From positions 32,001 to 96,000 of IMG/VR virus record IMGVR_UViG_3300037249_001368: a stretch of 64,000 nt of DNA. One strand, 5' to 3'. A program made the position numbers and the translations under genes. Within the stretch, counting starts at the first letter, position 1. Every line of letters begins with the position of its first letter. The notes beneath the pieces are model-generated. The model did no database searches and had not been told where the DNA came from. It was given only the letters and a program-made list of their open reading frames with translations. This DNA comes from a virus. Lineage: Duplodnaviria > Caudoviricetes. Positions 10,256 through 20,319 of this stretch are shown here, piece by piece.

Positions 10256-11326
10256 ATGAGAAAAATTCTGTTTACCGCGATTTTCGCGATGATGGCGATT
10301 TTTGGTTTCAGCCAAAACGCAAAGTACAACAGTGACTACAAGTACTCGTTCTGGTCCAACCTGACTTTAGGTGGTTCGGTTCAGTACCAAAGAGCGGTCT
10401 TCACCAACAACACACAAAACTTCGGTGTCGACCTGCGAATGACTAAACAAATCGGAGACAACTGGCGTCTGCGTGCACTGCTCGACGTCAACGGCTTTTT
10501 AGCCAACGGCTTCGATAGATACGGAAAAGGAATGATTGGTGCTCAGTTAGAGTTCCGTCCCTTCTACATTTTTACCGATTACGGAGCGAATTTCAACCCT
10601 TCAGGAACTACGAAAGTTGGCTTGGCCGGCGATGGAGGCATAGGCTTCTTGTTTGATATTGGACGAGGAATGTATATGCACACTGAAGTAGGCGTTGACT
10701 TAGCGAATAATGGAAACTTGTGGAATCATAACGGCTTTATAAAACTCGGATATGACTTCAAATTGGGTGTTACAGAATTAGATAGACAAGGCGAACAGAT
10801 ACAAAGAAACCAACCTCAATTAGTAAGCGAATTACAGACTGAGAACCGATTGCTAAAGACAGAAGCGCAAAAACAAGCCAAAGCGACAGAGGAACTAACA
10901 CAGACTATCGAAGGGTTTACCAAGCAGTTCGCTGATATGCAAACAGCTCTGCAAGCATGCCAAGCGCAGATGGAAGCGTTGAAAACTAGTCCAATGAAAG
11001 CAGCCAACTACGGTGATGGAGTCATAGCAGTAATTTTGTTTGACTTTGCATCTTCGGATTTGGTGCCGACTGAGGAAGACCGAGTGGCAACGGCGGCTGA
11101 AATTATACTACAAGATGATTACGTGTATATGGTTGAGGGCTGGTGCAGTAACAACGGAAATCCTTACAACAACCAACTTTTATCTCATGCGAGAGCAAGT
11201 ACCGTCAGACGAGCATTGATTGATTATGGCGTCCCTGAGACGCGACTGGTTCCTGTTGGCAATGGTCAGTCAGATGTCGACGACAGCAGAGAACAGAAGG
11301 TAATCATCAAGCGAGAAATTCGATAA
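10256..11326 (+). CDS. OmpA-family outer-membrane protein (signal peptide, beta-barrel, coiled coil, OmpA C-terminal domain)
   Basis: MRKILFTAIFAMMAIFGFSQ signal peptide, alternating beta strands, and ILFDFASS...VEGWCS...NQLLSHARASTV...LIDYGV...RLVPVGNG. Confidence 0.85.
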   Translation: MRKILFTAIFAMMAIFGFSQNAKYNSDYKYSFWSNLTLGGSVQYQRAVFTNNTQNFGVDLRMTKQIGDNWRLRALLDVNGFLANGFDRYGKGMIGAQLEFRPFYIFTDYGANFNPSGTTKVGLAGDGGIGFLFDIGRGMYMHTEVGVDLANNGNLWNHNGFIKLGYDFKLGVTELDRQGEQIQRNQPQLVSELQTENRLLKTEAQKQAKATEELTQTIEGFTKQFADMQTALQACQAQMEALKTSPMKAANYGDGVIAVILFDFASSDLVPTEEDRVATAAEIILQDDYVYMVEGWCSNNGNPYNNQLLSHARASTVRRALIDYGVPETRLVPVGNGQSDVDDSREQKVIIKREIR

Positions 11327-11353
11327 CAACTTTCTGCACGATTTTCAATAGCG

Positions 11354-11382
11354 GCGGGCACGCGAGTGTCCGCTTTTATTTT
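11354..11382 (+). terminator. Intrinsic terminator
   Basis: GCGGGCAC-GCGA-GTGTCCGC followed by TTTTATTTT. Confidence 0.75.
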
Positions 11383-11433
11383 GCTTATTTTCGGAATTTA
11401 ATTCTGAAATACATAAGTACATAATATACAAGA

Positions 11434-12639
11434 ATGGCTCCAAGAAAATCATATCCGTTTTTGTCCGATGTAGACATGAGAAATAATGCTTTAGCTAATG
11501 TGCTGAAGATTATTTTCAACTCTCTACACGTTGCTCCTGAAGACCCAGTCGATGGCACAATGTATTTTGATGCCACAGGCAAACTGAAAGTTTGGGACTC
11601 GAAGGTACAATCATGGAATGACTTCTTGCAGTTATCACCTGCGAACAGCATACTTCATTATAACGAAGACCACTCAGGTCTTTTGGCTGAACTCGTACTT
11701 GAGAAAAACAGTTCAGGAACTCTATACGAGTTGAAAGACGGATTCGGAAATCTTGTATCATCAGCAGCCATCACTCAGTATACAATGACTTATGACTCAC
11801 CCAATCACCGCATAAACCTTTTGGCTGATGGGGTTGTGGTTTCGTATATTGATACAACAGACTTCATTATAGAAGGTATGTTGGATAATGTGTTGCTGGT
11901 GGTTATAGATGACAAACTCGAGAATGTGCCGTTGATTAGAGTTGCGAGTAATGGTCTGATTTCAAGAGCAGACCCGTTGTACTTCAGAAATTCTGAATAC
12001 GATGTAACACAGCAAGGAAGCGGAAGAACTGAGGAGGAACAGAGTGAAGAAGAGTCCTCGGATGACCCCTCTGAGGAAGAACCCGAAGAACCGATTATCA
12101 GCAGATACGCTTGGCAACAGATGAACAGCACTGGTCGTACAGTGGTCGTTTATACTGAAACCTTGACTCCTGAAATCGGTGAAGATGTGCTTGGTGACCC
12201 ATCATCACAGATAGTCGTTGGTACTGTCGGTGATTACCAATCAGGAAAAGAGAGAGGAATTTACCTCGTCATGATTTTCAACACAAACAGTGGCAAGGTA
12301 GATACGTGGGTAAAGATTCCTATTCCTGACCCGTACAGCGCTGGTGACGGTATTCAAGTAAGAAACAATGCCATCAATATATACCAAAACGCGTACTGGA
12401 AAGTTATTTCAGTACAGGCGGGTGTCACAAGAACCACATCAATACCAGCATCCGAACATCTTATGGGAACTGAACCGATAGTTGAGTGTTTCGACAATGC
12501 GATGAGGGTTTGTGAACCCGAAGTCATAATCAGCAGAACACCTCCAAACGCTGGAAATGTTACTGTTGTTTGTCGTTCTCACACAGCCGATACAGTTTAT
12601 GTTAGAATTAACGGTCTGTATTCAGACCAAGAAGTGTAG
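11434..12639 (+). CDS. Virion/fibre-associated protein with acidic linker
   Basis: N-terminus resembles 12645..13073 and C-terminus resembles 8966..10183; contains EEEQSEEESSDDPSEEEPEE. Confidence 0.6.
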   Translation: MAPRKSYPFLSDVDMRNNALANVLKIIFNSLHVAPEDPVDGTMYFDATGKLKVWDSKVQSWNDFLQLSPANSILHYNEDHSGLLAELVLEKNSSGTLYELKDGFGNLVSSAAITQYTMTYDSPNHRINLLADGVVVSYIDTTDFIIEGMLDNVLLVVIDDKLENVPLIRVASNGLISRADPLYFRNSEYDVTQQGSGRTEEEQSEEESSDDPSEEEPEEPIISRYAWQQMNSTGRTVVVYTETLTPEIGEDVLGDPSSQIVVGTVGDYQSGKERGIYLVMIFNTNSGKVDTWVKIPIPDPYSAGDGIQVRNNAINIYQNAYWKVISVQAGVTRTTSIPASEHLMGTEPIVECFDNAMRVCEPEVIISRTPPNAGNVTVVCRSHTADTVYVRINGLYSDQEV

Positions 12640-12644
12640 TAAAA

Positions 12645-13073
12645 ATGGCAAGGAAGCTTTTCACAGAACTTGATTTGCAAAGAAATCAGATTCTGAATAT
12701 TGTTATCGAAAACTTGGCGTCGGACCCAACTTCGGTCTACGACAAGGTGGAAGGTGCATTCTATTATAATACGACACGAAAAGTTTTGAGGATATTCAGG
12801 AACGGTGCGTGGGAAGATTTGCTGTCAATGTCAACTGGCATGAGAATCATGGCAGTCGACAGCTTACCTCAACAGGGAGAAGAACGAGTTTTGTATTTGG
12901 TGAGGAAAGCAGTAGGTACCAACCGTTATTCATCATATGTCTGGGTTACAGACCATTACGGTCAGGTTTCAGGTTACAATGTTGATTGGACGGAGATTGA
13001 GAACAAACCGAATATCCTTGATTGTGAGTATTTAAGCGAAAACGAGATACTTAATTTGAAATACATAGAATAG
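12645..13073 (+). CDS. Small virion/fibre-associated protein
   Basis: 142 aa with GAFYYNTT..LRIF and VDSLPQQGEERVLYLV motifs common in gut-phage fibre modules. Confidence 0.55.
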   Translation: MARKLFTELDLQRNQILNIVIENLASDPTSVYDKVEGAFYYNTTRKVLRIFRNGAWEDLLSMSTGMRIMAVDSLPQQGEERVLYLVRKAVGTNRYSSYVWVTDHYGQVSGYNVDWTEIENKPNILDCEYLSENEILNLKYIE

Positions 13074-13116
13074 AAAAGTTCAAATCGAATCTATAAAAAA
13101 CTAAAAATTTTTCAAA

Positions 13117-14589
13117 ATGGCCGATATTAGTAAAATAAAACTTCCGGATGGCATAACCTATAACATCAAGGACACGGTCGCTCGTGATATGTTGGCCCAC
13201 TCTCTGGAGTTAGTAATCTGCCAAGATGGTTTGCCTGGTCCAGCTGGTCCCACATACCAGGGCAAAATCTATCTGGTACCCCATCAGCACGAAACCCAAG
13301 ACATTTACGATGAATATGTTGTCGTGCAAGACGTGAACACTCAGGCGTGGTCATGGGAGAAAATCGGTAACACCGATATCGACATGTCTAACTACTCGCT
13401 GAAGACTCACAAACACACAGTCACCACGAATATTCAGGTATCACCTCACACATACACACCAGCAGGCACCGTTGGTCCTGCAACTTTTGTAGGTCAAGCC
13501 GCCACTATCAACTTAACTGGTGACATCGAAGGTGATATTAGAATCATCGTTGATGCATCCCCGGCAACCGGTGATGAGAACTATGTCCCGACAGGTAGAG
13601 TGAATCTGACTTTGGGGAACTCACCAAACCATACTCACACCGTCGGTGGCACAACGAAGTATTTACGTAAGATAAGTGTGCCAAAAACATTCAGTACCGA
13701 AACTGCTGTAACCGCAATCAGTACTTCAAGACTGGTCAAAACTCAGGTGAAGGCTGTGACTGGTACTTCAACCGTTTCAAGACTGACTGGTTCCACTACC
13801 AAGGATGTGGCAAAGGTTGGTACTGATGTAACCATTCCTAAATTCGCTCTTGATTCACAAAATACGACCGTTCACAACATAGGTGGTAGTGGGGCAATCG
13901 CGACTGGAAACAGAGCCACAGGTGCTTTGACAAGTCCCGATTCAGGAACCAATAACATGATGTGGAACGCCAAGATTGACCCGAACGACCAAGACGGAGA
14001 AACTCTGATGTTCGAGTTCAAGAAAATGGCTGTTGATACTACCGTGACAGGTGTTACACCTACGCCAGTCCAATTCAAGAACATCACAGCCGATGGTAGC
14101 GAGACTCTGACTCCCGCTGTTTCCAATGGCACAGTACACGAATACACAAAAATCGACATCACCGTCGCGACCACCGATAACACACCTATTGATGTTGCTA
14201 CTGGTGCTGTTGCTTCTAATGGTGGTGGTGCTACTGGTGCTACTATCGCAACTGGTGCGACTACCGGAACAGTCCTGAAAGACATTGCATCTTCGGTGAA
14301 TGTGTTCAACTCCATCAACACTACACAACAGAGTGGAGACGAAGCAGTTATCACGGCAATCGACTCCAACACCGGTTCTGCTGGAGCTCATACTCACCGT
14401 GTCAGTGTGGAATTCGTTGGAGACCCTGTCGAAATCCAAGGAAGTCTTTCGACAGACGACATCCAGGCACAAGCATCTTACACTCCTGCTGGTACCGTCA
14501 ACGCCCCAGTCTTCACAGGCACCGAAGCTACCCTCGAACACACGGTCACTGGCAATGGTCCTTACACGACCTCGGCCGACAACTCGTAA
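13117..14589 (+). CDS. Tail fibre/needle-like protein
   Basis: Thr/Gly-rich, with HxH motifs (HKHTV, HTHTV, HTHRV) and two YTPAGTV repeats. Confidence 0.65.
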   Translation: MADISKIKLPDGITYNIKDTVARDMLAHSLELVICQDGLPGPAGPTYQGKIYLVPHQHETQDIYDEYVVVQDVNTQAWSWEKIGNTDIDMSNYSLKTHKHTVTTNIQVSPHTYTPAGTVGPATFVGQAATINLTGDIEGDIRIIVDASPATGDENYVPTGRVNLTLGNSPNHTHTVGGTTKYLRKISVPKTFSTETAVTAISTSRLVKTQVKAVTGTSTVSRLTGSTTKDVAKVGTDVTIPKFALDSQNTTVHNIGGSGAIATGNRATGALTSPDSGTNNMMWNAKIDPNDQDGETLMFEFKKMAVDTTVTGVTPTPVQFKNITADGSETLTPAVSNGTVHEYTKIDITVATTDNTPIDVATGAVASNGGGATGATIATGATTGTVLKDIASSVNVFNSINTTQQSGDEAVITAIDSNTGSAGAHTHRVSVEFVGDPVEIQGSLSTDDIQAQASYTPAGTVNAPVFTGTEATLEHTVTGNGPYTTSADNS

Positions 14590-14615
14590 ATTTTCGGTTA
14601 TTTCCATACTTTCAG

Positions 14616-14647
14616 AAGAAACCCAGCCCTCGCGGTTGGGTTTCTTT
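14616..14647 (+). terminator. Intrinsic terminator
   Basis: AAGAAACCCAGCC-CTCGC-GGTTGGGTTTCTTT. Confidence 0.8.
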
Positions 14648-14743
14648 GTATGTCAGAAGGATGTGAGTGCCGATGTATATCTTGTTATTAATACATAACC
14701 AAGTAATACATAATCACCCAATCGGGTCTATAATTTTACCATA

Positions 14744-17700
14744 ATGCCAGACTACGTTAAAAAGATACGTACCACCGATGATTCCACCGAACATCGCTTA
14801 GTTGGTTCTGTGATTCCAGTTTCTCCGGAGAGTTTTGGGATGAAGGCCGGTGCTGCTCTGACCGAGGGCATGATAGTTTTCAAATCCACTGAAACCGGCT
14901 CTTCCTATGTAAACAAAATATATCCGATTACCAATACCAGTAAATACGTTGACTTGAACTGGGGCCTCGCCGTGGTCAAAAAGGCTTGTGCTTCAGGAAC
15001 TATCCTCAATGGTGATTACATCGCTCAGCAGGGCGTTTACACCTATTCTTCAGCAACCGCGGGCCGTGCCTACGGTATTATGTTGTCATACGACGGAACC
15101 GGTTACAAAATGGCTTCGTCGACGCTTTCCACCCTGATTGTAAACATGTCAACCGTCACCGACGGTTATTTTATTTACATAGGAATTGGACAGGTTTCGG
15201 GCACGAATAAAATCATTGCCTGCGACTTTTCCAATCACATGTTTTTCAGATTCAAAAATAACCGTGTAGTCGAAATCAACGGCAGGGACGTAGACACGCT
15301 TCATCCGTCGGTTCCCGTCTCGCCCGATTCCGTTGGCATCACCACTGGCGCTGCCATCACCGCCGGCGACATCATTTTCAGGTGTAAGACAGATAACAAG
15401 GTTTATCCAATCACCAACACCACCAACTACTTGGATTTGGATTGGGGGTTGGCGATAGCGAAGGAGGCATGTAACGCGAACTCGCTTCTGAGTGGTAATT
15501 CCATCCTACAACAAGGCCCAATCACATACGCTTCGGCTGTCCACGGTTCTGTGTATTACATCCGTCTGACAAAAGATTCTACCGGTTATAAGATATACTC
15601 CAACACTCCTGTCACTGTAACCGAAACATCAGGACATTACATTTACCTAGGTCATGGTATCGTTCATAACGGTGCGGGTAGCATCGCTTGTGATTTCTCA
15701 AATCACATGTTTCTGACATTGAATCACGGAAAGGTGACACACATCAATGGCAGAGAAATTGAAAGTAGTGGTGAAATAGTAATACCAGTAGCGGTAAATG
15801 CCACTCAACCATTTATAGGAGAAGATTTGAACGATAACCTTGTTTACAAATGTGTGACAGATGGTAAGTTGTATGAATTGAATGGTCAAAACATATCAAG
15901 CAAAGCGATTGATATGGATTGGGGTATAGCTTATTTCAAAGGAAGTATAGATTACGACCCAAATACAGACACTTCGCCTAATGCTAACACTCTTCTGCAT
16001 AAAGAAGAATTTTCAGGGTTAACTCCATATCTTCCAAGTGGTGCTAATTACGATGTTGGTGAAACATTATTCCTCATTTGCGCTTCACAAAACCCAACAC
16101 CTAGAGGTGTGACAGGAGTTTATCCTAAAGGAATAATATGTTCTTATGATGATGTAAAAAGTTATGCGACAAATTACTCGACTATAGTCCATTACATGTA
16201 TGTGGGGACATACACCGAAGACGGCTTTTTGGCACTTGATGTGACAAATCACGTTTTTTACGGAATGGAGTATCCTGACTTTAAGATAAAATCCATAAAC
16301 GGTATTGATATAACACAACCAACGATACCTCCAACAGATTATAGAAATCCTGTTGTTGGTGATTCTTTATTACCGTTAGCATACAACACAATCGCGGCAA
16401 ACTCACTTGTGTTTAAGGGAACTGATGGAAAACTAAGGGCTGTATCATTAACTAATCGGAGCGAAAAAGTTGACCCTGATTGGGGTTTAGCTATCTACAT
16501 AGGAAGTAGTGGGGTTGTTGCAGATACGCGTCCTGATAACAACAAGTTAATGCAACAATGCCAGTGGAATGGTGGTGGTGCTGATTTGACGTCATTTGCG
16601 GCAGGTGACCAAATTTATGCTGTTTTTGATGCATCAAACCATGACAGTGACGGCATAATGTATCCTTTGGTAAGTGAAACAGGTTTAATTCTAACAAACA
16701 GGGCTGGTTTAGTGACACTCGCTGATGGTGGCAGTTTGATTTATTGTTACATAGGCACTTTGATTGTAAACAATAACACCAAAACTATCGCTGTTGATTT
16801 ATCAGCGCACCAATTCATTACCGAAGATTTCTCTCAAAATAAGATTACGGACATAAACGGTGTAGCAGTTGGCAGTGATATAAAAGCATATAACTCTACA
16901 TCAGGTATCACTAATGGTAGATTCACTTACTACTTTCAGATAAAAAAGATAGCAGTACCAGGACCAGGAATTTACAGGTCATGGCTCAACATAAACCTGT
17001 ATAATTTCAAACCATATCCTATAGAGGTATATCTTTACAATTATGCTGTTTTTGTAGACCCAAATTCAAACACTGTAGGTAACAATCCTACTGAGAAAAA
17101 GATAATCAACATACCTCCATACACTTGTTACAACGCGTGTATGGAATCTATATTGAGAGTCAGTCCTGATATGATTGAGGATAATCCTACTTATGTTTTA
17201 GGATATGGATATAGGTATGAGGTAAGTGAGCAAAAACATGTTTATGTGATAGGTGAGTTACCTGAAAAACACATAACAGTTGATATTCCTTATTCGATAT
17301 CCATAGGAGCAAGCAACTATTACGTCAGGGATGAATTACAGGATATGGTTCTGAACTCCACTCAGTACTATGGTTGGACTAAATACAATAACAAAAACAA
17401 TCATGTATGGACTACCGTTTTACCTGCATTAACTGCTTCAGGAATAGGTACTGTCTATTATTACAGTAAGACTGGTAGTCAACTAGGTATGGTGGATATA
17501 GCCAGGTATGAAACGAAAAACATTTACGAGAGATATCAGGACGGAGACTATAAAATTGATAAGGAAGGTCAGGAAAAAATCTGGTATGCTTGGAAATGTT
17601 TATCAAGACCAACCTACTCCGATGATACTTACGGACTATACAACTTCCAGTACCTAATATATACCGAATCTGAGACACCATCATCGACAGAAAGTTCTTA

Positions 17701-17917
17701 CGTTTCAGGTCAACGTCGCTATACAGTATACCAAGGTGCTTACGATAATTACGGGAACTATCTATGTGGTAGGGTTTTGGATTATAAACAAGAACCAAAC
17801 GAAGCTCCGTTTAGTCAATATGGGATAATAAGAATCGGTGATTATGACGCCAATATTAATGCAGGTGGTGGAGGTGGTGGTTTTGATAGTGTCGTAGACG
17901 TTTGGGAAAACAACTAA
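14744..17917 (+). CDS. Large repeat-domain virion (receptor-binding-like) protein
   Basis: 1057 aa with four tandem domains marked by D(L/M/P)(N/D)WG(L/I)A and D.(S/T).H.F..ING. Confidence 0.65.
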   Translation: MPDYVKKIRTTDDSTEHRLVGSVIPVSPESFGMKAGAALTEGMIVFKSTETGSSYVNKIYPITNTSKYVDLNWGLAVVKKACASGTILNGDYIAQQGVYTYSSATAGRAYGIMLSYDGTGYKMASSTLSTLIVNMSTVTDGYFIYIGIGQVSGTNKIIACDFSNHMFFRFKNNRVVEINGRDVDTLHPSVPVSPDSVGITTGAAITAGDIIFRCKTDNKVYPITNTTNYLDLDWGLAIAKEACNANSLLSGNSILQQGPITYASAVHGSVYYIRLTKDSTGYKIYSNTPVTVTETSGHYIYLGHGIVHNGAGSIACDFSNHMFLTLNHGKVTHINGREIESSGEIVIPVAVNATQPFIGEDLNDNLVYKCVTDGKLYELNGQNISSKAIDMDWGIAYFKGSIDYDPNTDTSPNANTLLHKEEFSGLTPYLPSGANYDVGETLFLICASQNPTPRGVTGVYPKGIICSYDDVKSYATNYSTIVHYMYVGTYTEDGFLALDVTNHVFYGMEYPDFKIKSINGIDITQPTIPPTDYRNPVVGDSLLPLAYNTIAANSLVFKGTDGKLRAVSLTNRSEKVDPDWGLAIYIGSSGVVADTRPDNNKLMQQCQWNGGGADLTSFAAGDQIYAVFDASNHDSDGIMYPLVSETGLILTNRAGLVTLADGGSLIYCYIGTLIVNNNTKTIAVDLSAHQFITEDFSQNKITDINGVAVGSDIKAYNSTSGITNGRFTYYFQIKKIAVPGPGIYRSWLNINLYNFKPYPIEVYLYNYAVFVDPNSNTVGNNPTEKKIINIPPYTCYNACMESILRVSPDMIEDNPTYVLGYGYRYEVSEQKHVYVIGELPEKHITVDIPYSISIGASNYYVRDELQDMVLNSTQYYGWTKYNNKNNHVWTTVLPALTASGIGTVYYYSKTGSQLGMVDIARYETKNIYERYQDGDYKIDKEGQEKIWYAWKCLSRPTYSDDTYGLYNFQYLIYTESETPSSTESSYVSGQRRYTVYQGAYDNYGNYLCGRVLDYKQEPNEAPFSQYGIIRIGDYDANINAGGGGGGFDSVVDVWENN

Positions 17918-18047
17918 AGAAATATTACACGAACCAAGTGATTTAGTTGTAGGTATAGGTGATATAAGACCTGGGAACAGAAAATTAAAAGAAGACTTTG
18001 GTTACTCATCCATTGATTTCAAATCATACGAATCATTATGGAACAGT

Positions 18048-18266
18048 TTGGTCGATTGCGCTGCTTCGACAGTATCAGGTTTGTCAGATGAAAACTCAAT
18101 AAAACGTTCGATTGAGAAAGTTCGCACCAAAGCCGGAACAAAAAAGACAGAAAAAGTATACAAGAATGGCGAAGCTCCGAAAAGAAGAAAACATACCGAA
18201 AAGCCAATTGATTACTATTTCGAACCAGATACCCGTACCTTAGAGGAATACATCGCCTCGATTTAA
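18048..18266 (+). CDS. Small basic hypothetical protein or gene fragment
   Basis: Frame open from 17898 with no ATG; followed by a terminator. Confidence 0.35.
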   Translation: MVDCAASTVSGLSDENSIKRSIEKVRTKAGTKKTEKVYKNGEAPKRRKHTEKPIDYYFEPDTRTLEEYIASI

Positions 18267-18302
18267 TCACGAACAGCACAGCTTTTTTCATACTATTGGA
18301 TG

Positions 18303-18338
18303 AACCAAGCACCTCCCCAAGATGCTTGGTTTCTTTTT
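18303..18338 (+). terminator. Intrinsic terminator
   Basis: AACCAAGCA...TGCTTGGTT then TCTTTTT. Confidence 0.75.
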
Positions 18339-18377
18339 GTAATAAATAACCGAATCCCAAAATAATCTTTCATAATC

Positions 18378-18830
18378 ATGCAACTCACCAAAGAACAGAG
18401 TTTCGAGATAATCGCTCATAATGAACAGCGCGGCTACTTCGGTCGTAGATTCAGATTCACTTCCAAGACCCGAGAAATTTGTTTGGGCTGTGCCAAGCCC
18501 ATCTACATCTCTTTCGGGAATATTTCCGTGAATAATGTTTTTTGCAACGACTGCAAACATCGGTTCAAGACGGCGCGTACCATCGTCCAATATCGGTACA
18601 TGAACTACGTCAAGAACCACCAAACAAGAATAATTCAACAGCTGTTGAACGCCGACAACCCTAATTTCACCAAGGAAGTCATCCGCCCAATTCTGTTGAA
18701 AGAAGACAACATAAACAAGCATCACGTCGAGCCCGTTACCAATTTCAACCGCATCAAAAAAGCCGACCAAGACTCGGACATCACCATCACCCCGTATTTG
18801 GAAACAGTGCTTGAAGATTTTGCTTTATAA
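18378..18830 (+). CDS. Hypothetical protein with possible zinc ribbon
   Basis: CLGC...CNDC pair; TAATAAATA upstream. Confidence 0.6.
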   Translation: MQLTKEQSFEIIAHNEQRGYFGRRFRFTSKTREICLGCAKPIYISFGNISVNNVFCNDCKHRFKTARTIVQYRYMNYVKNHQTRIIQQLLNADNPNFTKEVIRPILLKEDNINKHHVEPVTNFNRIKKADQDSDITITPYLETVLEDFAL

Positions 18831-18858
18831 GCAACCATAATCACATATTCACCAGACA

Positions 18859-19263
18859 ATGACACAACCCATCAACGACATAATCACCGTCGATTACCGG
18901 TCAAAGACCAAAAACATGTGTACCGAGATGAACCTCCCTGCTGAGGACATCAATTCACTGGTCATGTTCCTGAACTACTGCTTTACGATGAAAAACAATT
19001 TCTTCATCGAGAACTTTAACAAAGGCATGATTAAGAATGTTTACCATGTTTACAACAAAATGAAGACTAACATTTTCAGCGAAAGCGAGAATCTTTACAC
19101 CAGTCTTCTTCCATCCGACACCAAATTATTGAAGTTCATTCTGTCGAATTTTCTTTCCAACTATAAGAAGATTTCCGACAAACAAATAAAATCATACATC
19201 AATGAGACCCAACTGAAAAACATCATAGGAACATTGCATGGGAATAATCAAAACAATAGCTGA
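18859..19263 (+). CDS. Hypothetical protein
   Basis: 134 aa ORF in the operon. Confidence 0.7.
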   Translation: MTQPINDIITVDYRSKTKNMCTEMNLPAEDINSLVMFLNYCFTMKNNFFIENFNKGMIKNVYHVYNKMKTNIFSESENLYTSLLPSDTKLLKFILSNFLSNYKKISDKQIKSYINETQLKNIIGTLHGNNQNNS

Positions 19264-20314
19264 TTTCTTCAAAAACATATCCAAGAAGTCAACAAATAAT
19301 CGATATAATTCAGATAATCGCGAACGTTTTAATGTGAGTGATTCAAATAATCTCAAAAATTCAGAAACAATGCCAGCACAATTCGTAAGACTCGGTCATT
19401 ACAAAGCCAAATCAGGAGGAATGTCCGAGGATTCCATCAGAATGATTCGGGTCCTCGCCAATGACCCAAAGAATCCCGATATGTGGATTTTAGCCGATGG
19501 CTCCAAAAAATCCTCATACGAAATCCTCCAAAACTATGAATACATGAATACCTCCCACGAGGAGAACCCACAGCAACCAATGAATCCATTGGTGATTGGT
19601 GATTTAGGAGGTATTCCCGAAAACTTCGGAACAAATACAGCAGACCCCAATCCCAATGTCGTCAGACAAACAACTACAGCTCCGTCTCCAGACATTATTC
19701 CACCAACTTACCCACAGCAACCCCAACAACCAGTAGTTCAAGTTGTGGAGAAACGCGTGGAACTCGAGCAACAAATCATCGACAAGTGCGAGACTCTCGA
19801 AATCCATGAATACACTCTCAAAATCACCGTTACAACCAACCTTGATTTTGAGAAGCTGAAAACCAGCATAGACATCTTGGGTTTGGACAAAGAACTCGTC
19901 GCTCAACACGTCCTCCAAAAACTCCAACAAAATCCCAACAATGATATCAACAAGATGGTTTCCCAAGCCATCGTCGAAAATATCCTGAATCCTCCAACAC
20001 AGAAGGAACTTCTAGAAATGGCCGAAACGTTGAGGCCTGAAAAACCTGCCCCAATCGCGAACAAAACAAGTGAAGCAATTCTTCAGGCTGCTGGTTTTGA
20101 TTTGAATGATGAACTCCAATACCCCGAATCCCAACCAGCCGTCATTGAACCAATCCCCGAAGAATCAGTACCAATCCTCTACGGTCTGACAGGTCAAGTC
20201 ACCAGCGACGGTGAAAATGTCTTTGACCCCGAAAATCACGAGGAAAGCAACATGGACAGCATCGACGATTTCCTGAAACACTTGGAACAAAGATACGATA
20301 CCCTTAAAAGCTAA
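19238..20314 (+). CDS. Hypothetical protein, Pro/Gln-rich linker
   Basis: 358 aa ORF; true start uncertain. Confidence 0.7.
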   Translation: MGIIKTIADFFKNISKKSTNNRYNSDNRERFNVSDSNNLKNSETMPAQFVRLGHYKAKSGGMSEDSIRMIRVLANDPKNPDMWILADGSKKSSYEILQNYEYMNTSHEENPQQPMNPLVIGDLGGIPENFGTNTADPNPNVVRQTTTAPSPDIIPPTYPQQPQQPVVQVVEKRVELEQQIIDKCETLEIHEYTLKITVTTNLDFEKLKTSIDILGLDKELVAQHVLQKLQQNPNNDINKMVSQAIVENILNPPTQKELLEMAETLRPEKPAPIANKTSEAILQAAGFDLNDELQYPESQPAVIEPIPEESVPILYGLTGQVTSDGENVFDPENHEESNMDSIDDFLKHLEQRYDTLKS

Positions 20315-20319
20315 TAATC

